DNA from: a virus
Taxonomy: Duplodnaviria; Caudoviricetes
DNA: 64,000 nucleotides
Strand: one strand, 5' to 3'
IMG/VR virus record: IMGVR_UViG_3300037755_000349
Location: 1 to 64,000 of that record
Of the stretch, positions 8,997 to 15,059 are shown one piece after another (the first letter of the stretch is position 1; the number at the start of each line of letters is the position of its first letter). A program made the position numbers and the translations under genes. The notes under the pieces were generated by a model. The model saw only the letters and a program-made list of their open reading frames with translations. It made no database searches and was not told the DNA's origin.

Positions 8997-9595
8997 AGAA
9001 ACAATCCGGGCGCGATGCCGTGCTCAAGATGCGAGACGAGTTCTTGTTGCTGGTGGCCGCGTACAACGCAGTCGGCGAGTACAAGGATGCGCAGGGTGCG
9101 CAAGTTATGGCGATCGTGCTGAACGACTTCGAAGACAATCACGTGATCACAAACATGGAATGGCCGCCGCGTGTCACATCAGACCAGTACGGCCCGGCGA
9201 TCGCAGAGCTGACCAAAGAGGAACTGAGCCCTCTTGAGGGCGCACTCCTGATCGACGACGCTGTGCGCGTCACGCAGGCTATGATCGACGTGCTCGCCGA
9301 ACGCGGCCGACAGCAGGAGGTCGAGAAGTTCGACGCGCATCACGACGACCAGCACGTTGACGGCGAGCTGGCCGCGGCGGCAGGTATCTATGCCCTGCAC
9401 AACAGTGGCGGCCTGGGGGTGCGTGATTACATTCCCGAGGAGGGCGAACCCCTGCCATCCGAAGACGCAGTGCCAAGAGGCTGGCCCTTCGCGCCGGATT
9501 GCTGGAAGCCGAAGGACGCGCGCGCCGATTACGTGCGCGCTGCCGCGCTGCTCATCGCCGAGATCGAGCGCATCGACCGGAGCGAGGGGCGATGA
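8993..9595 (+). CDS. Two-domain protein with a C-terminal helical AERxRQ domain (possibly MazG-like)
   Basis: DVLAERGRQQEVEKFDAHHDDQHVDGELAAAA..WKP..VRAAALLIAEIERIDR, a recurrent phage motif. Confidence 0.55.
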   Translation: MKKQSGRDAVLKMRDEFLLLVAAYNAVGEYKDAQGAQVMAIVLNDFEDNHVITNMEWPPRVTSDQYGPAIAELTKEELSPLEGALLIDDAVRVTQAMIDVLAERGRQQEVEKFDAHHDDQHVDGELAAAAGIYALHNSGGLGVRDYIPEEGEPLPSEDAVPRGWPFAPDCWKPKDARADYVRAAALLIAEIERIDRSEGR

Positions 9596-9951
9596 CACAC
9601 GATGAAATCGTCGTCCACCTGGTTGCCGGCATGCTGGCCAGCAAGCCATTTAACCGCCAGGCCGAGGTCGACCAGGTCTCCGACATCGCCGCCATGCACG
9701 CGATCGCCAACAAGCACGCGGTGGCGATCCTGGAGCAACGGCGCCGCGAGAGTGAAGCGGAGGAACAAGCGGAGGCTGAGTATTACCAGAGCTGGCGCAA
9801 GGCCGTGCTCGACTGGGAGAAAGAGGCCGACGAGTTGCTACGCCTCGCCGGCCCACTCGCCATCGAGGTGCGCGAGGGTGGCGCGAGCTTGAGCAAGCGC
9901 GCCTCGGTCGCGGCTACATTCTTGAACCTGCTGCATCGGGTGAAGCCATGA
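9592..9951 (+). CDS. Hypothetical protein
   Basis: ATGA-coupled at both ends. Confidence 0.55.
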   Translation: MTHDEIVVHLVAGMLASKPFNRQAEVDQVSDIAAMHAIANKHAVAILEQRRRESEAEEQAEAEYYQSWRKAVLDWEKEADELLRLAGPLAIEVREGGASLSKRASVAATFLNLLHRVKP

Positions 9952-10199
9952 TCGGCATCTACGCGCCAGGCTTCGGATGGGTGCATTCGTATGAGGACAC
10001 GGCGTGTGGCCGCGGCAGCGTGCTGTTCACTCTGAAGCCGGCAGCGGCGAAATCATTCCCTGGCCCCAGCGAAGCGCTTGAATTCTGGCGCACGCAGAGC
10101 AAGACCGTGCCGATGCGACCGGACGGCAAGCCGAACCGCCCGCTCACCGCATATACGGTTGAGATCCTGCCACTCACTCAGGAGCCAACACTGCCATGA
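9948..10199 (+). CDS. Conserved-looking phage hypothetical protein
   Basis: PMRPDGKPNRPLTAYTVEI motif; coupled. Confidence 0.6.
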   Translation: MIGIYAPGFGWVHSYEDTACGRGSVLFTLKPAAAKSFPGPSEALEFWRTQSKTVPMRPDGKPNRPLTAYTVEILPLTQEPTLP

Positions 10200-10468
10200 G
10201 CGGCGACATGGGCGACGACTTCAAAGCCATGCGCGAGATGCAGCAGGAAAAGCGCGCGCGCAATCGAGAATCCAGCACGACGATCCTTCGCGATTGCGGC
10301 GTCGTGTTCAGCTCTTACAACAACGGCGTGCACCTGGTCGTCACGCACAACCAGGTGCAGGTGGATTTCTGGCCGAGCACCGGCAAGTGGATCGTGCGCG
10401 ATGCACGCAAGACCGAAGGCCGCGGGGTCTACAACCTGATCAAGCAGCTCGGGGTGCGAAAGTCATGA
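10196..10468 (+). CDS. Conserved-looking phage hypothetical protein
   Basis: NNGVHLVV..DFWPSTGKW..GRGVYNL motif; coupled. Confidence 0.65.
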   Translation: MSGDMGDDFKAMREMQQEKRARNRESSTTILRDCGVVFSSYNNGVHLVVTHNQVQVDFWPSTGKWIVRDARKTEGRGVYNLIKQLGVRKS

Positions 10469-10704
10469 TCAGCCGAGAACTGAAGGCGTTACTCATCCTC
10501 GCCTTCATGACGGAGACGATGGAGGCGGCAAAGCACATCCGCCATCGGCATCGCTGCGAGTGTGGTCACTCGTGGGAGCACACGGCAGCGGAGGCGAAGA
10601 ACACCCCTGGCGCGCACACTTGCATCTGCGGGCGCCGCGTCACGAAGCCTGAATATGATTTCCTACAACAACAAGGGGAGCAACATGGTGGCACCAGTAC
10701 CTGA
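10465..10704 (+). CDS. Small Cys/His protein
   Basis: HRCECGHSWEH..HTCICG. Confidence 0.45.
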   Translation: MISRELKALLILAFMTETMEAAKHIRHRHRCECGHSWEHTAAEAKNTPGAHTCICGRRVTKPEYDFLQQQGEQHGGTST

Positions 10705-11101
10705 CATTGAGTGGACCGACGACGAACTGCGCGCCGCAGCGGCCTGGTTGCATCAGCGCATGAACGAGGGTGCGGCAGGAGATCAGTTTGCTCGATGTGA
10801 GGCGAAGCACGCCGGCATTGCATTCGTCGAGCTGCGCCAGGCGATGCAGGACAAGCCGCGGCCACGCAAGGCGCAATGGTATTACCTGGGCATGATGGTG
10901 GTGTTCCTGCTCCTGGCCGAGCTGCATGCCGGCCCGCCGGCGGAAAATGGTTGGAGCACCTATGGCCCTTTAAGCAAGCTGCTCATCTTTTTGGCCGCGC
11001 TGAATCTGGCATCTGCGTGGAGCGCGCTACGCGAATATATGCGGTGGGCCGATCGCCAGTACAATCTGAAGCGCCGCATCGAGATCGAGGCCAAGACGTG
11101 A
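10685..11101 (+). CDS. Membrane protein with two predicted TM helices
   Basis: GGGGAG RBS; hydrophobic WYYLGMMVVFLLLA and LLIFLAALNLASAW. Confidence 0.55.
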   Translation: MVAPVPDIEWTDDELRAAAAWLHQRMNEGAAGDQFARCEAKHAGIAFVELRQAMQDKPRPRKAQWYYLGMMVVFLLLAELHAGPPAENGWSTYGPLSKLLIFLAALNLASAWSALREYMRWADRQYNLKRRIEIEAKT

Positions 11102-11265
11102 AGATCATGAGCATGCTGGCCCTGGCGATCGCGCTGTCAGGCTGCATCGTCGTTCGGTATAAGGACGGCTCGCGTCCAAGCAAACCCACGATCGAGGAGA
11201 GGGAAGTATGTTCTGCCGAGTCAATCTCTATGCGCGCGGCGCACCTGGTGAACGCCTGGCGCTAG
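11098..11265 (+). CDS. Small lipoprotein
   Basis: GTGA-coupled start; signal ending in lipobox LSG-C. Confidence 0.5.
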   Translation: MKIMSMLALAIALSGCIVVRYKDGSRPSKPTIEEREVCSAESISMRAAHLVNAWR

Positions 11266-11532
11266 TGCAGGCTGTAACGATGCCGATCTGGCACACGCGT
11301 CCCGACGTGATCGTATGGGGCGCGCGCTCGTTCATGTGGAACAAGACCACCGAACGCTACATCGAGGCGTTCTCGGCCGCGGCGATCTGCGACAGCTTGG
11401 GCCGTTCGCTCCTGGACCTGCCCGCGGCCATGCTCGGCGGTGGCACATTCTCGAACCAGGTGAGCGAGGGTGGCGATGGGCTTACGATCGAAAAGATCAA
11501 TGCGGTGATCGACGAATATTTGGGAGGCGACT

Positions 11533-11931
11533 TTGAAAAATCTAACAGTCAATCAGATCGACAAGCATTTAGAGTTTCTCCAGAACGAGGCGAAGCGCCT
11601 TACGTCGATGGGCCAGCGATGGGCCGACATTCGAGCAGAGCACTACACTCCGATCATCGAGATACTGCGCCAGATTCGGCAGGACAAGCAGATGCGTGGC
11701 CTGAACGATGCGCCGATCGTGGAGTATCCGCCGATCAAGAGCGCGGCCCACGCCGGTTCCGCTGGTGGGACTGGTTCTAGCGCGCGCCCCGACCAGGCCG
11801 CGCTCGATGCGGCGCCGGAGCTGGTGGGCAAGAAAGCGCTGGTGCTCTACTTCGAGACTCAGCAGGACGTGGAGGATTTCATCGACCTGTACCAGCAGGT
11901 GCATCCGAAAGTGCGGACGGTGCAGCTATGA
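11533..11931 (+). CDS. Hypothetical protein
   Basis: GGAGG RBS before TTG; ATGA-coupled stop. Confidence 0.55.
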   Translation: MKNLTVNQIDKHLEFLQNEAKRLTSMGQRWADIRAEHYTPIIEILRQIRQDKQMRGLNDAPIVEYPPIKSAAHAGSAGGTGSSARPDQAALDAAPELVGKKALVLYFETQQDVEDFIDLYQQVHPKVRTVQL

Positions 11932-12166
11932 ACGCGTGTACCTGTGGCCACGCTCCCGAGGAGCATGGCGGCGATCCAAAGCACCCCGGCTCGACCGCGT
12001 GCCAAATAGAAGGATGCGATTGCATCGCTTACGATGAGGAAGAGGGCGACGGATGGGAGGATGAGCAAGCCACACACGGCTACGGCGATGACGAGTTCCC
12101 GTTCGGCCCATAGGTTATGCACATCAACAACCAGGAGCGAACGTTAGGGCGACGGTGCAGCTATGA
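11916..12166 (+). repeat. 16-bp exact direct repeat GACGGTGCAGCTATGA
   Basis: Copies at 11916-11931 and 12151-12166 flank the 11928-12113 gene. Confidence 0.85.
11928..12113 (+). CDS. Small Zn-binding protein with acidic tail ending EFPFGP
   Basis: CTCGH..EH..CQIEGCDC followed by a D/E-rich tail. Confidence 0.6.
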   Translation: MNACTCGHAPEEHGGDPKHPGSTACQIEGCDCIAYDEEEGDGWEDEQATHGYGDDEFPFGP

Positions 12167-12186
12167 GCCGTCATCAGAGGTGAGCG

Positions 12187-12340
12187 ATGAATGGTAACGA
12201 GACAATTGTGGACGGGCTGTTCGCCATAGCGGCGTCACTTGATGGTGTGGCGAGGGCTATTAGCAAGCTCGGGCTTGCGGAAGCATCAACGCCGATGGGC
12301 GACTCTGCAAATTTCTGAGGTCGTCAAGCACGACACATGA
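12187..12340 (+). pseudogene. Probably frameshifted small gene
   Basis: ATG 12187 frame stops at 12318, while another frame runs on to a TGA that is ATGA-coupled to 12337. Confidence 0.3.
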
Positions 12341-12609
12341 ACACCGAAGACTTCAAAGCCAGCTACCTGGAGCGCCTTATCAAGCGACTGGTCGACGACG
12401 GCGGCCAGCCCACGCCCGAGGCCGAGAGCATCGCGACCGAGCTGTACAGCCACTGCCCGCGCTTCGACATGGCGGAGGAGTACCAGCAAGATCCCGAGGC
12501 CGCGGCCGACGTTGCGTATGAGGACTGGGAGGAGGCCGACGATTTGGACGAGGATGACGAGTGGGCCGGCGACGAGGATCAGGAGGAGAACGAGTTTCCG
12601 TTCGGATAA
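12337..12609 (+). CDS. Highly acidic small protein ending EFPFG
   Basis: C-terminal half dominated by D/E. Confidence 0.6.
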   Translation: MNTEDFKASYLERLIKRLVDDGGQPTPEAESIATELYSHCPRFDMAEEYQQDPEAAADVAYEDWEEADDLDEDDEWAGDEDQEENEFPFG

Positions 12610-12613
12610 CACG

Positions 12614-12772
12614 ATGCACATCGGTGAAATGGTGATATTTGGCGCGATTGCCCTGGGCCTGAGCATTGCAGCCAGTCAGGCGCGATCGCAATTCGTTGCC
12701 GGTGTACTTATCGCCTACGCTACTATTGCGGCCACGTTGCTATTCATTGCGGCGGCAAGCGGGAGGAACTGA
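12614..12772 (+). CDS. Small membrane protein
   Basis: Two hydrophobic stretches in 52 aa. Confidence 0.45.
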   Translation: MHIGEMVIFGAIALGLSIAASQARSQFVAGVLIAYATIAATLLFIAAASGRN

Positions 12773-12773
12773 G

Positions 12774-13070
12774 ATGGTTCAGCGCGAGGTCGTGTTCATC
12801 GATCGATATCGCTTGTGGAGGCTTAATGAATTGGCCGCGATCGCTTCGATCATCGACGCACGTGCTCGCTACCTCGGCGATCTCTTGGGGCCACGATCGC
12901 AGCCGTTCGATGAGTTTTTCATACACAGATCGTCGCGGGAATTAATCGGTATCGACTTCCTTGTGGAGAGCCAGACGTGCGTACTCGTGCCGGAAGGCGC
13001 GGTTTACCAGATCACCGACTTGGAAGATTTCATACAGCGTTCACGCTCGATTGCGACGAGAAGCGCATGA
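12774..13070 (+). CDS. Hypothetical protein
   Basis: GGAGG RBS; ATGA-coupled stop. Confidence 0.5.
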   Translation: MVQREVVFIDRYRLWRLNELAAIASIIDARARYLGDLLGPRSQPFDEFFIHRSSRELIGIDFLVESQTCVLVPEGAVYQITDLEDFIQRSRSIATRSA

Positions 13071-13339
13071 ACCGCCGTCAATTCCTTGCCGGCCTGGGCG
13101 CCGGCCTCGCCACGATCGCGATCACGACCAGGCTCGCCACCACGGAGCTGCTGCCGAAGAACATCACTGCGCGGTGGGATCTCGAACGCGATACAGCCAC
13201 CATCGAGATAAGCGGGACCGATCAGTATGGCAACCGGATCGAGGAGACTATTCGGGTATCGTCTGAGCAAGTGGAAAATGGCGGCGAGATCCGGATGAAG
13301 CGTTTCAAGATGATCGACACCGTGGTGGCTGGCGCATGA
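13067..13339 (+). CDS. Tat-like leader plus fragment resembling structural protein 22476-23159
   Basis: MNRRQFL leader; TATIEISGTDQYGNRIEE vs TATVTIVGTDVYGSLMTE. Confidence 0.65.
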   Translation: MNRRQFLAGLGAGLATIAITTRLATTELLPKNITARWDLERDTATIEISGTDQYGNRIEETIRVSSEQVENGGEIRMKRFKMIDTVVAGA

Positions 13340-13665
13340 ACCGTCGAGGATTCCTCGCTGCCGCCGTCTCGGCCGCGCTGGCGCCGAAGGCCCTGATCCA
13401 GCCAGGCGTGCAGGTCTTCGAGACCGTGGCCATGGCGCCGGCGATCGCTGGTGACTTCGAGATTAGTTCGCTGCGTTACGCGGCGACGGAGCGATACAGC
13501 AATGCATTGATTGCCCCGAGTGTTTTCCGCGATCAGCTCCTCGATGGGCTCAACGAAGTATTTAGAAAGGCGCATGCCGAGCACGAACCAGGTGAGTGGG
13601 AAAAGCTGTTCGCGATCGAGGCGGATCAGGAGCCGCCAACAGAGTGGGCGAAGTTATCAACATAG
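13336..13665 (+). CDS. Tat-like leader plus permuted major-capsid C- and N-terminal segments
   Basis: MNRRGFL leader; GDFEISSLRYAATERYS and FRDQLLDGLNEVF match the capsid termini. Confidence 0.7.
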   Translation: MNRRGFLAAAVSAALAPKALIQPGVQVFETVAMAPAIAGDFEISSLRYAATERYSNALIAPSVFRDQLLDGLNEVFRKAHAEHEPGEWEKLFAIEADQEPPTEWAKLST

Positions 13666-13673
13666 GGGTGCGT

Positions 13674-14096
13674 ATGAAGTTCGATCCTCAGTCCTTTCGT
13701 GAGCGAGTGGATGCGCTCTTCGATCACGCCGACAACGGCATGCCGAGCGCGTACTTCGAGATCCCCGACACGGCGAACGACTGGCAACCGATGCGCGTGC
13801 ACTATCACGTCATTGCGTTCGCGGCCGAGAGCGCGGACATCGCGGCAGCTCGCGTGTTCCAGGAAGTGCAGAAGCTGCGCGCCACCGTGCCCGGCCTGGC
13901 CTGGCTCTTCTGGCGCAACGATCCGCGCATGACTTCCGAGTTCGACACGAGCACCGAGGGGATGGCCGAGGCGCAGATCGAGGACATGGAGCCGTGCTGG
14001 TTCAGGGTGAGAGTGCGCATTGCCGTGCCGAGAGGCGACTGGACGCAGGTCGAGCACGACCAGACGGAAGCGACGCGCATCCTGCTGACGGACTGA
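13674..14096 (+). CDS. Hypothetical protein
   Basis: AGGGG RBS; TGATG-coupled to the next gene. Confidence 0.6.
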   Translation: MKFDPQSFRERVDALFDHADNGMPSAYFEIPDTANDWQPMRVHYHVIAFAAESADIAAARVFQEVQKLRATVPGLAWLFWRNDPRMTSEFDTSTEGMAEAQIEDMEPCWFRVRVRIAVPRGDWTQVEHDQTEATRILLTD

Positions 14097-14398
14097 TGTT
14101 CGCGTCGATCATCAGAGAGCGGCTCCTCGCCGGACTCAATGACGTTTTTGGCATGCAGTACAAGGCAACCGAGCGATATCAATTCGGATGGCATAGGGAC
14201 GCGTGGGCTGGTGCGCTGCCAGTACCGACCTGGGAGCATTGTCTGCTCTGCCATCGAGAGACCCCGCATCTCGGCCATTGTGTCTATACAGCTTGGCATC
14301 CAAGCGGCAATGGCATCGCCGATCGCATGGAGGCTTACGGGCTCGACATCACGAATCCCGAGCATGTGCGCGAGTTCTCGGACGCGATGAAAAACTGA
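14096..14398 (+). CDS. Chimera of capsid termini and the scaffold C-terminal motif
   Basis: GLNDVFGMQYKATERYQFGW and MEAYGLDITNPEHVREF. Confidence 0.7.
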   Translation: MFASIIRERLLAGLNDVFGMQYKATERYQFGWHRDAWAGALPVPTWEHCLLCHRETPHLGHCVYTAWHPSGNGIADRMEAYGLDITNPEHVREFSDAMKN

Positions 14399-14400
14399 GG

Positions 14401-14901
14401 ATGCATGTGATGGACTTGGCCGATGTGATGCACGTGTACACCGGTTCGAACGGCACGGCCACGCGTGACATGTATCAGAAGCTCCTCGGCTACGGCCCTC
14501 GCGGCGTGATCGCAATCAACCTGTTCCGCGCGCAGAAGTGCAGCGAGCGCGCCAAGGTGTACCGAGGAGGCGGCTATCGCAGCAGTGCCTACGAACGTAA
14601 GCAATGGTCGATGAACAACCTGGTGGACGTGCTTGTCGTGCACGCGGCCGACTGCGGCATCATGTGGGGGTGGGGCACCGACGAGAAACAGGACTTCCAC
14701 AAGGTCGTGCTGTACCTGGACCTACCCACCGGCCAGGTGAGTTTCCACGCCGCTGTCCGCGGACAAGGTCCGGACTACCCCGGACAATGGGACGGCCAGG
14801 CCGGCGCCTCCCCTGGCCGGATCTGTCGCTACGTGGCCGACGTATTCGCTACCATACCGATCGAGGACGGGCGGGGCCTGGAACTACCCTTAGCCGAATA
14901 G
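14401..14901 (+). CDS. Conserved-looking phage hypothetical protein
   Basis: AINLFRAQKCSERAKVYRG..VLYLDLPTGQVSFH. Confidence 0.65.
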   Translation: MHVMDLADVMHVYTGSNGTATRDMYQKLLGYGPRGVIAINLFRAQKCSERAKVYRGGGYRSSAYERKQWSMNNLVDVLVVHAADCGIMWGWGTDEKQDFHKVVLYLDLPTGQVSFHAAVRGQGPDYPGQWDGQAGASPGRICRYVADVFATIPIEDGRGLELPLAE

Positions 14902-15059
14902 GCCAAGCAGGCGCCGTCCCTGCGGCGTGCCAGTGCTGCTACTAGCGTCACTCGGGGCCAAGTGTCGCCCGTCCATCCTCAAGGCGCTAAGATCCGCCCG
15001 TCCCGGCCCCCTGCGTTCAGGCGCCCGGCATCCAGCCGCCGCGATCGCCAGAGGGGTCC

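Noticed and set aside
8993-9595. Assignment to a named anti-CBASS/anti-Thoeris sponge (Acb2, Tad1, Tad2)
   Set aside because: The sequence does not match what I recall of those families; left as an uncharacterised helical domain
11208-11780. 190-aa ORF as a full-length gene
   Set aside because: The first ~100 aa look plausible, but the rest overlaps the better-supported 11533 gene by ~250 bp; boundaries cannot be supported
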